A stretch of DNA of 64,000 nucleotides from positions 19,595-83,594 of the forward strand of contig JAPLDG010000300.1 in NCBI GenBank assembly GCA_026391845.1. The letters are read 5' to 3'. The position numbers and the translations under genes were made by a program. How positions within the stretch are numbered: the first letter of the stretch is position 1; each line of letters begins with the position of its first letter. This stretch comes from Bacteroidota bacterium (GTDB lineage: Bacteria > Bacteroidota > Bacteroidia > Bacteroidales > FEN-979). Positions 34,740 to 43,526 of this stretch are shown piece by piece. The notes under the pieces were generated by a model, which was given only the letters and a program-made list of their open reading frames with translations, made no database searches and had not been told where the DNA came from.

Positions 34740-34823
34740 CAAAAATCAAAGTTTAAAGTTCCTGCCATCAGACCCCATCCCCCCGCCCCTCTTCCCCAAA
34801 AAGAGCTACTCTCTATACACATC
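34740..34823 (+). repeat. TTTG/CAAA heptads (CAAAAAT|CAAAGTT|TAAAGTT) followed by C-rich element copy B
   Basis: 34740-34760 is homologous to 25523-25545. 34771-34823 is homologous to 31524-31569 and, inverted, to 25562-25601. A downstream 7-bp hairpin GTAGTGC-tttcaag-GCACTAC follows. The array lies 45-65 nt upstream of the 122-aa gene start. Confidence 0.5.
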
Positions 34824-35049
34824 TTTTCCTGTTTTTTCCCTTGTAGTGCTTTCAAGGCACTACTTTGTCGAGATGCAACTTGTGCAGGATTTTCTGGTTT
34901 TATTCGTTGTGGTTTCAAGTATTGTCAATATTAATACTGGTTAACAAATAGTTACACTGAGAGCCACAGAGAAGGCACACACTCGGAGAAGCACAGAGCG
35001 GCTAACACCAGATCAATTAATCATCAGGAATGAGTCTATTCAAAAAGTG

Positions 35050-35832
35050 TCACCTGCCGAGCGCTTCAAAGAAATCTGTGGAATTATTTTTTGATAGCGG
35101 AACCGTACAACCGCAGGTCAGATAAATAGTACCTCCATCTTCTGCTGAATACCGCTGCACATGGTTTTTGTTAATGATGTGGGACCGGGATACCCTGATA
35201 AATTCCACGCGGGCATGATGAACCTCGAAATACTTGAGATTGCGCGATGTTTTGATGTTTGTGCAATTGTTTAAAAAAACAAGGGTATCATTCAAATCCG
35301 AACGGAACATCACGATATCTGCAACAGAAATATATTGAACACCGTTTCTTACAGGAATAGGAATTTTATTTTTGGTTTCAGCCGGACCAATGGCATTGAG
35401 CAATGCTATAATGCGGGTAAGGTCAGTCTCATGGAGTTTCATTTTAATTTCTTCCTGTACGAGATTGACCGATTCAACAACATCGTCAATGTCAAGCGGT
35501 TTGAGCAGGTACTTTTTTGCGCCGTAGTCATGGAACGCCATTAAAATATTCTCAGGTTGTTTGGAACTTGTTGTAAATACCACTTTGAAATCAATTGGAT
35601 GACAAGCCCTCAGAACATCAAAGGCCCCATCAATATGAGAACCCAGTGTAATATCGAGGAAAACAAGGTGTGGTTTATGCTTTTCAATGGAAGAGATGGC
35701 CTGTTCAACACTTCCTGCAACTTCTAAAAGTTCAATGCTGTCGGCACAAAAACGATTCAGGATCTCCTTGAGCGCCTTTTGGCTCAATGGTTCATCTTCA
35801 ACGATAATTGTTTTCAGTTTCATATGGCTCAT
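35050..35832 (-). CDS. LytR/AlgR-family response regulator (REC + LytTR DNA-binding domain)
   Basis: REC: IIVEDEPLSQKAL...HLVFLDITL. The C-terminal LytTR-like region is IPIPVRNGVQYISVADIVMFRSD...FIRVSRSHIINKNHV. Confidence 0.9.
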   Translation of the reverse strand: MSHMKLKTIIVEDEPLSQKALKEILNRFCADSIELLEVAGSVEQAISSIEKHKPHLVFLDITLGSHIDGAFDVLRACHPIDFKVVFTTSSKQPENILMAFHDYGAKKYLLKPLDIDDVVESVNLVQEEIKMKLHETDLTRIIALLNAIGPAETKNKIPIPVRNGVQYISVADIVMFRSDLNDTLVFLNNCTNIKTSRNLKYFEVHHARVEFIRVSRSHIINKNHVQRYSAEDGGTIYLTCGCTVPLSKNNSTDFFEALGR

Positions 35833-38800
35833 ACGGTTTTGTTTTGATTGAAATCAGGCAGCTTCAGTGTAATATGTGTCCCGGGATTGTCGGTATTTTC
35901 ATAGAATGCCTGCGAAATATTCAGTTCGATTTTTACGCGATAGATTTTCTCGAGCACATCAATTCTTTTTGTAATATTGATCAGGGCTGTTGATTTCCGG
36001 TAGGTTTTCACTTTTATTTCCTGTGATTGATGGATGCCGATACCGTTATCGGTCACTTCACAGATCAGCTGGCTCCCGATTTTCCTGAAACCAATGCGGA
36101 TGAGTCCTTTTATTTTACTTCCATGGAAAGCATACTCCACCGAATTTTCCACAAAAGGCTGTAACAGCATGGGTGGTATTTTCATTTCTGCGACATCATT
36201 TTCTTCTTCGATCAAAAAATCAAAAATCCCGGGAAAACGCAGTTGCTGCAACTGGATGTACTTCTGGAGGACAGCATGTTCTTCTGAAACCGTAATAAAC
36301 TCATTTTGTGAGTTTTCAAGAATCTCACGCATGAGTTTGGCAAACATTGTGAGATACTTATTGGCAGCACGGGCATCATTTTGCAGCACGAAACTATTGA
36401 TGGCATTGAGGGTGTTAAAATAGAAATGGGGATTCATCTGACTCTTCAGGAAATTCATGTTTGATTGATTGGCCTCTTTTTCAAGCCGGGTTATTTCAAC
36501 CTCCTTGCGAATACTAAAATTGCGCATGCCAAGCAAAACAACCGTAATCAGGGCCAGAAGAGCCACCCCCGCAAGAAGGATAAAAAAACGCTGTTGCTGA
36601 TAGAATGGTGGACTTTCAATGATAATCTTAACGCTGGTTTCATCCAATATCCAGGGCCAGTCCTTATAGGTTGACTGCACTTCAAAAACATACGCTCCCG
36701 GTTTAAGTCCGGCGAATTCTGCATTCCTGTCATTGTTCTGACATTGTATCCATTCATCCTTCACACCTAAAAGCCGGTAACGATAAATGCGATCTTCAGG
36801 ATGCCTGAAATCAAAGCTGGAAAACGAGATGACGAATGAATTCTGGTCGTATGGCAAGGTTACCAGTTTCCCGTTCCTCAATGGATAATCCAACTCTTTC
36901 AACCCGCCATTGATGTTGACGGACCCGATACCCAGTGGCGCCCTGGTATCGAAATTCACGAGCGAATCGGGATGAAAAGCAATAACGCCGCCTTCGCCGC
37001 CAAAATAGATGGTTCCGTCCTCATCCATACAACTGGCGTTGGTATTAAATTCAGTGAAGGGCAGACCATTAACGGTTCCATAATTATCAAACCTGCCAGT
37101 TTTTGGATTGAACCGTGCAATGCCTTTCCAGGTGCTCATCCAGAGATAGCCGCGATGATCCTCATAGATCACATTCACTGAATTATCGATCAACCCCTCT
37201 TTTGTGGTATAGTGCTTCGTGAACTTTTCGGTTGCAGGGTCAAATGCGTAGATGCCGTTCCGGATAGTTCCGAGCCAAAGGGTTCCGGTTTTTGTTTCGT
37301 GGATGCAAAACACTTCAGGTTCCTTTTCACTGCCCGGGGGCACAAATATCCGGCTGGCATCGGGGTCTTCTACATTCAACCTGACCAAACCAATGGAGCA
37401 TGCAAGCCAGATCTGCCCGCTATGATCCTCACAAAGATCTCTCGGATTGATGGTATTTAATAACGAGTCTTTGAATTGAATACGTTTGAACAGCGCATAA
37501 TTGTCATCTGCCTTGCCAACCATCATGTTTTTCAAACTGCTGATCCAGATGTTTGCTTTGCTGTCACTGACAATATTATAGGCATGATAGTTCATTGTTT
37601 TAAACAGGGAAAATTTGTTTTTGCCGACATTGTACCGAAAAACGACCGTATCAATATTGATCAGCAGTTCATCATCATTCAAGGCCGTAATATCAAATAC
37701 TTTATTTGTCTCGGCCAGTTTTTTCAATTCAGCGGGGAGCTTGATATTCACCACGGAATTGTCCCACAAATCAATCCGGTCGAGGCCGCCATCCCTTGAA
37801 CCCACCCAAAGGTGATGTTGCTTATCCTTGTAAACAGAAGTTATGATGCGACCTTTCAGCGAACCGGCTTTACCCTCTTCATTCAGCCAAGCCCGGTATC
37901 TGAGCTGGGGTTTCGTGTATTTGTGCAGGCCACCCATGCCCCCAATCCAGATATTTTCCTGTTGATCACAGTAGATTTGGCTTCGTATTTTTCCGCCAAT
38001 CAGGTTTCGGACCGAATGGTCAAATTCAAAAGTCCTGTTTTGCAAATTAAACAAGACGGCCTGTTTATTATCAAAGGCTATGAATATTTTACCCGGACTT
38101 ATTTCATAGATCCCCCCGAGGAGTTGAACCAACGGTAATCCATCTTTCGAAACGGGGATCGGAATATGAATCAGAGCATGGGTCTCCTCGTCATTTATAA
38201 ATAATTCCTCAAGACCTGTTTCATGATTCTGAACATCCAGCAAAAATTCTCCGTTCGTGGTATGAATGAAGGTAATTTTCAGGTTTCTGTTTCTTTCATC
38301 CCTGAAACGGTAGCTGTCGTCTGCATCTTCTGCGGTGAGTTTGGGCTTATTTCCCAGAGTTTGCCAGGAAAAATGCAAAAGGCCTTTCCAGGATGCAATC
38401 CAGAGGCCGTTGGCATCCTGAATTAATTTGCCGCTTTCATGATAAAAACCGGAAATATCAATATACCGGATCGCGGTCAATCTGGTATTGAAAGAGACCA
38501 ATGCTTTATCCCTTACCAGCCACCCCTTTCCTGTGTTATCGAAACAAATATAGCTGAGACCATACTCCAAAGAAAGGTTATCTTTTTGAAAATGAACCCT
38601 TTGAAAGGTGTTGGTTTTATACTGATATTTCGTAATCCCTGATCTTGTAACAATCCAGATTCCGCCTGTTTTGTCTTCAACTATCTTTTGTATCGTATTA
38701 TCGGGAATGGTTGTCGTATCACGGGGATCGTTTCTATAAACGCTGAAAGTATGTCCGTCATACCGGCTGAGCCCATCCCGGGTTCCAATCCACACATAGC

Positions 38801-38960
38801 CATCCGGATCATGATAGATGCAGTTGATATGATCATGGGCCATGGTTTCAGATGCAGAATATGAAACAAGGTCCTGTGCCAGCAGGACACCCTGAAAAAT
38901 GCAAATCAGGATGATCATGATCTGTAGTTTGACCAGAAATACCATTTGCTGTCGTTTCAT
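35829..38960 (-). CDS. Sensor histidine kinase with periplasmic two-component-regulator beta-propeller/Y_Y_Y domains and LytS-type His_kinase + HATPase core
   Basis: 1043 aa. Repeats of the type GxxWIGTxxGLxxY, Y_Y_Y region YRYRLLG...W, one TM, then NPHFYFNTLNAINSFV (PF06580-type H box) and the ATPase domain. ATGA overlap with the response-regulator start. Confidence 0.9.
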   Translation of the reverse strand: MKRQQMVFLVKLQIMIILICIFQGVLLAQDLVSYSASETMAHDHINCIYHDPDGYVWIGTRDGLSRYDGHTFSVYRNDPRDTTTIPDNTIQKIVEDKTGGIWIVTRSGITKYQYKTNTFQRVHFQKDNLSLEYGLSYICFDNTGKGWLVRDKALVSFNTRLTAIRYIDISGFYHESGKLIQDANGLWIASWKGLLHFSWQTLGNKPKLTAEDADDSYRFRDERNRNLKITFIHTTNGEFLLDVQNHETGLEELFINDEETHALIHIPIPVSKDGLPLVQLLGGIYEISPGKIFIAFDNKQAVLFNLQNRTFEFDHSVRNLIGGKIRSQIYCDQQENIWIGGMGGLHKYTKPQLRYRAWLNEEGKAGSLKGRIITSVYKDKQHHLWVGSRDGGLDRIDLWDNSVVNIKLPAELKKLAETNKVFDITALNDDELLINIDTVVFRYNVGKNKFSLFKTMNYHAYNIVSDSKANIWISSLKNMMVGKADDNYALFKRIQFKDSLLNTINPRDLCEDHSGQIWLACSIGLVRLNVEDPDASRIFVPPGSEKEPEVFCIHETKTGTLWLGTIRNGIYAFDPATEKFTKHYTTKEGLIDNSVNVIYEDHRGYLWMSTWKGIARFNPKTGRFDNYGTVNGLPFTEFNTNASCMDEDGTIYFGGEGGVIAFHPDSLVNFDTRAPLGIGSVNINGGLKELDYPLRNGKLVTLPYDQNSFVISFSSFDFRHPEDRIYRYRLLGVKDEWIQCQNNDRNAEFAGLKPGAYVFEVQSTYKDWPWILDETSVKIIIESPPFYQQQRFFILLAGVALLALITVVLLGMRNFSIRKEVEITRLEKEANQSNMNFLKSQMNPHFYFNTLNAINSFVLQNDARAANKYLTMFAKLMREILENSQNEFITVSEEHAVLQKYIQLQQLRFPGIFDFLIEEENDVAEMKIPPMLLQPFVENSVEYAFHGSKIKGLIRIGFRKIGSQLICEVTDNGIGIHQSQEIKVKTYRKSTALINITKRIDVLEKIYRVKIELNISQAFYENTDNPGTHITLKLPDFNQNKTV

Positions 38961-39110
38961 GAGACAAATCTAAATACTAATAATTTAACAAGCCTTAAAA
39001 AAAGCAAAGTTATTCGGGGGAAAAGGACGTTACCCTATGACAAAACAGGGTTTCATCAGCGAAATAAGCGGGTTCGTCATGGTTGCCGCTGCAATTTCAC
39101 ATTCAATCAT

Positions 39111-39118
39111 TACCTTTG
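39111..39118 (+). promoter_or_regulatory. Candidate -7 promoter box TAccTTTG
   Basis: Exact TAnnTTTG match, 31 nt upstream of the small ORF ATG at 39149 and 171 nt upstream of the DUF4907-like gene. Confidence 0.35.
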
Positions 39119-39148
39119 TTTCAGAAGGCTTAGATAAATTGAAAATAT

Positions 39149-39271
39149 ATGAAAACGTTTTTGGCCATTATAGGGTTAATATGCTTCGGACTCTTTCTAC
39201 TAACAATTATTGCCATTTTTGTCGTAGGAACAGGGGCGGACAAAAGCTATGATTATTCAGATGAGCAATGA
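39149..39271 (+). CDS. Candidate 40-aa single-TM small protein (below the ORF-track length cutoff)
   Basis: ATG..TGA ORF read by hand: MKTFLAIIGLICFGLFLLTIIAIFVVGTGADKSYDYSDEQ. It has a hydrophobic helix plus an acidic tail, a promoter-like box upstream, and ends 17 nt before the next gene. Confidence 0.3.
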   Translation: MKTFLAIIGLICFGLFLLTIIAIFVVGTGADKSYDYSDEQ

Positions 39272-39288
39272 GTTGGAAAAATAATTAA

Positions 39289-39696
39289 ATGGATAAATTC
39301 ACATCATATCAAAAAGGACTGATCATCTTGTTTGTGATTTTCACTGTTTATGGCTGTTCTGCAGAACGTAAAAACACTTCCGCTTCAAATTCCTCACTTC
39401 AGGAACAAACCAAACCCCCATCCAGGGTTGAGAAGTACATTTTCAGCATCATTCCTGCTGCTGAAAACACCTTTGGTTATGAAATATCGGAACAGGGGAA
39501 GGTCCTTGTCCGGCAGAAAACCATCCCCTCCCTGCCGGGAAACAGCGGCTTCAACACAAAAGGTGATGCTGAAAAATGTGCCAGGCTTGTCATTTCAAAA
39601 CTCAGCAAAAACATCATGCCTCCCACCGTCACCCCAAAGGAAATCGATTCTCTGGGCATACGGACGAAACCCGATAACCCTCAAAAAAATCATTAA
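39289..39696 (+). CDS. Lipoprotein resembling the DUF4907 family
   Basis: Lipobox VYGC. FGYEISEQGKVLVRQKTIPSLPGNSGFNTKGDAEKCARLVISKL resembles the DUF4907 core as I remember it (recognition only). Confidence 0.65.
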   Translation: MDKFTSYQKGLIILFVIFTVYGCSAERKNTSASNSSLQEQTKPPSRVEKYIFSIIPAAENTFGYEISEQGKVLVRQKTIPSLPGNSGFNTKGDAEKCARLVISKLSKNIMPPTVTPKEIDSLGIRTKPDNPQKNH

Positions 39697-42158
39697 TGCT
39701 TAAAAAAACGGTCATGAAAACACTTTTACGCGTATTAATCATTGCAGCAATATGGCTTCTGCCGTTCTGCCTGATCGCCCAGGATACCTGGACACAAAAA
39801 GCTGATTTCGGAGGCATCGGGAGAACCGAAGCCGTAAGTTTCGCCATTGGCTCAAAAGGGTATATCGTAACAGGAGAAAAGTATGACAATGGGTTTTACA
39901 TCTGTAACCGGGATCTGTGGGAGTATGACCCCGCCACCAACATCTGGTCACAAAAAGCTGATTTCGGAGGGGTTGGCAGATACTCCGCTACAGGGTTTTC
40001 AATTGGCACAAAAGGTTATGTCGGCTGGGGTTTGACCCGTCCTTTCAATTATCTGAGTGATTTCTGGGAATATGATGCAATTTCCAACACCTGGTCGAAA
40101 AAAGCCGATTTGGGAAGTGCAGGAATCAGAGAAGCTGCAGCAGGCTTCTCCATTGGCTCAAAAGGGTACGTGGGGACAGGGACCAATCACACTGCTGTAA
40201 ATGGAATCAGGCTAAAGGACTTTTGGGAATATGATCCGGCTAGCGATGTCTGGACCAGAAAAGCCGATTTTGCTGGCGTTGCAAGATGTGCTGCAGCAAG
40301 ATTTTCAATCAATTCGAAGGGATATATCGGAACAGGAATTTCAGAAACAACTTCGCTCAGCGACTTCTGGGAGTACAATCCTGTTGATGACACATGGAGA
40401 CAGAAAGCGGCTTTTGGCGGTGGTCCGAGGATGTCGGCAGTTGGTTTTTCAATTGGACTAAACGGTTATATCGGAACGGGAATTGATGAAGGATCGAACC
40501 TTAAAAGTGATTTCTGGGAGTATTCCGTTGAAAATGACAACTGGACGAAAAAAGCCGACTTTGGTGGCATTGCCAGGGGCAGCGCAACCGGGTTTTCAAT
40601 CGGAACAAAAGGGTACATTGGAACCGGATGGACCGCCGGTGATATCCATTTTAAAGATTTTTGGGAATACGATAATTGCGTTACCGGCGCTGCCGGGTTA
40701 ATTTCCGGCGCCTTGTCGGTTTGCCCCGGTCAGGAGGATGTCGTTTATACCGTTTCCCCGGTTACCAATGCAGCGGACTATATCTGGACCTATTCAGGAA
40801 CCGGCGCCACCATTTCGGGATCAGGCAATTCGATTTCCATCAGCTTTGGGGAGATGGCAACTTCAGGAATTCTTAGTGTATATGGAACCGGTTCATGCGG
40901 ACATGGGCTTCCTTCACCCGATTTCGCCATTGCCATCGGACAAAGTACCTGGATCCGGAAAGCAGATTTTCCAGGCATTGAACGGTGGGGCGGCGTTGGC
41001 TTTTCCATCGGCTCTAAGGGTTATCTGGTCACCGGTGCGAAGTACAACAATGGCGCCTATGTTTGCCATAAGGATCTTTGGGAGTACGACCCATCGACCG
41101 GTATCTGGTCGCAGAAGGCAGATTTCGGCGGCGCCGGGAGGTTTGGCGCAGTTGGTTTTTCTACAAGTTCTAAGGGATATGTCGGATGGGGTTTGATCAG
41201 TCCTTTCAACTATATTGACGATTTCTGGGAATATGATCCGGTTGCCAATGGCTGGACGAAAAAAGCCGACCTGGGCAGCACGGGAAGCAGGGAAGGCGGC
41301 ATTGGTTTTTCAGTTGGCAACAAAGGATATATGGGGACAGGATGCAATCATAAAATAAGTTATGGTTACCGGCTGAAAGATTTCTGGGAATATGACCCGG
41401 CGGGCGATACCTGGACAAGAAAAGCCGATGCCGGGGGTGATGCCAGGGTTGCTGCCACAGGTTTTTCAATCGGCTCAAAAGGGTATATCGGAACAGGAGA
41501 ATCCAGTTCAATTTTGCTGAAAGATTTCTGGGAGTACACCCCCGCCAACAACACCTGGTCTCAGAAAGCTGATTTCGGAGGGATTGCGAGACACTCTGCC
41601 ACAGGTTTTTCAATCGGCAATTATGGCTATATTGGCACCGGAGTTTTTGGTGGTGTGGATTATGATAAATGCAAAGACTTCTGGGAATACTCGGTTGAAA
41701 CCGATAGCTGGACCCAAAAATCCGATTTCGGGGGCGCTGCAAAATCTGAAGCAACCGGTTTTTCCATCGGCACGAAAGGATACATTGGCTGTGGAAATCT
41801 TTCCGGTCAGCAACAATCCAGCGATTTCTGGGAATTCGATCCGGGATGCAGAAAAGAGCCAAGCAACATTGATGAACATACAATTGACGCGGGCTGGATG
41901 CAATATTCGATCTATCCGAATCCAAACAGCGGAAAATTCATCATCAAGGTCAAAACAAGCACCCTGGAGGTGTTCACCATCGAAATTTACAATATCCCCG
42001 GGTCACGCATGGGTTATCTTGAAAACCTCACCGTTGATGGGTCGCTTTCAATCAGTGAAGACATGCAAAGCCCAGCCGCAGGAGTGTACACCATCGTTTT
42101 CCGGAACAGGGATAAATCGGTTAAAGAGGTTGTGAGCAAGTTCATTGTGACAAAGTAG
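39696..42158 (+). CDS. T9SS cargo with two collinear 7-blade Kelch/galactose-oxidase-like beta-propellers separated by a PKD-like domain
   Basis: 14 copies of W(T/S)xKADFGGxxRxxAxGFSIGxKGY(I/V)GTG....DFWEYDP. A central PKD-like module (ISGALSVCPGQEDVVYTVSPVTNAADYIWTYSGTGATISG). CTD YSIYPNPNSGKFIIKV...AGVYTIVFRN. An alternative start is at 39714. Confidence 0.85.
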   Translation: MLKKTVMKTLLRVLIIAAIWLLPFCLIAQDTWTQKADFGGIGRTEAVSFAIGSKGYIVTGEKYDNGFYICNRDLWEYDPATNIWSQKADFGGVGRYSATGFSIGTKGYVGWGLTRPFNYLSDFWEYDAISNTWSKKADLGSAGIREAAAGFSIGSKGYVGTGTNHTAVNGIRLKDFWEYDPASDVWTRKADFAGVARCAAARFSINSKGYIGTGISETTSLSDFWEYNPVDDTWRQKAAFGGGPRMSAVGFSIGLNGYIGTGIDEGSNLKSDFWEYSVENDNWTKKADFGGIARGSATGFSIGTKGYIGTGWTAGDIHFKDFWEYDNCVTGAAGLISGALSVCPGQEDVVYTVSPVTNAADYIWTYSGTGATISGSGNSISISFGEMATSGILSVYGTGSCGHGLPSPDFAIAIGQSTWIRKADFPGIERWGGVGFSIGSKGYLVTGAKYNNGAYVCHKDLWEYDPSTGIWSQKADFGGAGRFGAVGFSTSSKGYVGWGLISPFNYIDDFWEYDPVANGWTKKADLGSTGSREGGIGFSVGNKGYMGTGCNHKISYGYRLKDFWEYDPAGDTWTRKADAGGDARVAATGFSIGSKGYIGTGESSSILLKDFWEYTPANNTWSQKADFGGIARHSATGFSIGNYGYIGTGVFGGVDYDKCKDFWEYSVETDSWTQKSDFGGAAKSEATGFSIGTKGYIGCGNLSGQQQSSDFWEFDPGCRKEPSNIDEHTIDAGWMQYSIYPNPNSGKFIIKVKTSTLEVFTIEIYNIPGSRMGYLENLTVDGSLSISEDMQSPAAGVYTIVFRNRDKSVKEVVSKFIVTK

Positions 42159-42168
42159 TTCAAGATCC

Positions 42169-43398
42169 ATGATCATGAGATCAAACCTTCTCATCGGGTT
42201 CATTCTTGCTCTTTCTGTATCAGCCGGATTCGCCCAAATTCCGCAATCCCCGAATAAAATCAATTCGAATGGTCGAAGAGATGGGGTGTGGACAATTCTA
42301 TACAACGAGGATTGGAAAGTTCCACAGAAAGGTGATACTGCCATGTATTACCGAATAATTACTTTTCTTGACGGGAAACCTGACGGGGTGATTCGCGATT
42401 ATTATTTATCGGGTAAGATCCAATGGGAAGGGAAACTTAAATCTATCGACCCGGGCGTATATGACGATGGTCAATGTTCATGGTACTATGAGAATGGGAA
42501 TAAAAAAAGTACTTCCTTTTATTTGAATGAGAAGCGAAATGGAGCGTATCAAATGTTCTTTTCGAATGGGAAAGTTTCTGAAAGTGGGGTTTTTAAAAAC
42601 GGGGTCAGAGATAATCTGATTACTTACTATCACCCCAATGGGGAAGTTTTTTCAGAAAGAATATTTCATCAGGATAGTTTATGGGATTTTATTTCTACCA
42701 AAGATTCCATTGGACACCCGCTAAAAACTGGTGATCTGATAAGAGGGTGTGGGAGTGTAATAGAATATTTCCGATCCGGAAAAAAATCCGGCAAGGGGAA
42801 CTATAAAAATGGAGTCAGAGATGGATCATGGACCTTTTATTTTGAAAACGGGAAAATCTCCTCAAAAGGAAATTATAAAGATGCATTGAAAGATGGGTAT
42901 TGGAAGGAATATCAAACCTCAAAAGCGTGGTGTGAAGGAAATTATATCAAGGGGAAATCAGAGGGGAAATGGATCTGTTACGGAGTTCATGGAAACATTT
43001 TAGCGGTAGGAGAAGTTAAAAATGATGAACAGCAGGGGATATGGAAATATTACAATGAATATGGTGATTGGTGTGAAGGTGTTGTAATTGCCGGGAAACA
43101 GGAATTAAAGTGGGTTTGCTGGTATTCAACCTATGAGGAAAAAGGTGAATGTTTTTATACCAATGGGAAGATGGAAGGTAATTCTATCGAATGGTTTAGG
43201 AATAAGAAAGTATCAAGAGAAGGAGCATACAAAAATGATCTGGAACAAGGGTTTTGGAAGGAATTCAATGAAGATGGTGATTGGATTGAAGGGAATTATA
43301 TGGAGGGGAAGGCAGAAGGGGTATGGAAAGAATACAAATCAAATGGGAAATACAAGGAAAGTTTTTTTTATAAAAACGGGGTCAAACAAAAACACTGA
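42169..43398 (+). CDS. MORN-variant (YwqK-like) repeat protein with signal peptide
   Basis: About 14 repeats of the G(x)W(x)xYYxNGxxxxxGxYxxGxxxG type (for example DGSWTFYFENGKISSKGNYKDALKDGYWKEY). Noticeably AT-rich (about 38% GC in sampled 60-nt lines) compared with about 53% in the preceding gene. Confidence 0.8.
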   Translation: MIMRSNLLIGFILALSVSAGFAQIPQSPNKINSNGRRDGVWTILYNEDWKVPQKGDTAMYYRIITFLDGKPDGVIRDYYLSGKIQWEGKLKSIDPGVYDDGQCSWYYENGNKKSTSFYLNEKRNGAYQMFFSNGKVSESGVFKNGVRDNLITYYHPNGEVFSERIFHQDSLWDFISTKDSIGHPLKTGDLIRGCGSVIEYFRSGKKSGKGNYKNGVRDGSWTFYFENGKISSKGNYKDALKDGYWKEYQTSKAWCEGNYIKGKSEGKWICYGVHGNILAVGEVKNDEQQGIWKYYNEYGDWCEGVVIAGKQELKWVCWYSTYEEKGECFYTNGKMEGNSIEWFRNKKVSREGAYKNDLEQGFWKEFNEDGDWIEGNYMEGKAEGVWKEYKSNGKYKESFFYKNGVKQKH

Positions 43399-43501
43399 AA
43401 ACGTTGAAATTAACGGATCGCTTAGACTCAGTGAAGACAAACAAAACCCGGCCATCGGAATTAACACCATCGTTTTCCGGATCTCGGCAGAAAACAGATA
43501 A
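43397..43501 (+). pseudogene. Orphan fragment of a T9SS C-terminal sorting domain (relic 3' end of a propeller-gene paralog)
   Basis: The nucleotides align with 42021-42130 of the propeller gene (shared runs tcagtgaagaca and acaccatcgttttccgga). Translation ENVEINGSLRLSEDKQNPAIGINTIVFRISAENR* matches ENLTVDGSLSISEDMQSPAAGVYTIVFRNRDKS. There is no upstream coding body in that frame. Confidence 0.65.
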
Positions 43502-43526
43502 ACACCTGTTAAAAAACAACCAAACC

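Noticed and set aside
34940-35010. CACAGAG/CTCTGTG-rich segment (gagccacagagaaggcacacactcggagaagcacagagcgg) downstream of the LytTR regulator
   Set aside because: It is a low-complexity purine/pyrimidine word repeat with no clear stem-loop and only a single instance in the window. That is not enough to call an element.
42169-43398. Low GC of the MORN gene as proof of horizontal transfer
   Set aside because: The protein is rich in Lys, Asn, Glu and Tyr, whose codons are AT-rich. Other native-looking genes here, such as the LytTR kinase, are also about 40% GC. I use composition only as supporting context for the adjacent relic, not as stand-alone evidence.
43404-43526. Upstream extension of the first cassette gene (track ORF start 43404)
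   Set aside because: The extra 41 codons read through the CTD relic in a different frame (MKLTDRLDSVKTNKTRPSELTPSFSGSRQKTD...). ATG 43527 starts the protein-like part.
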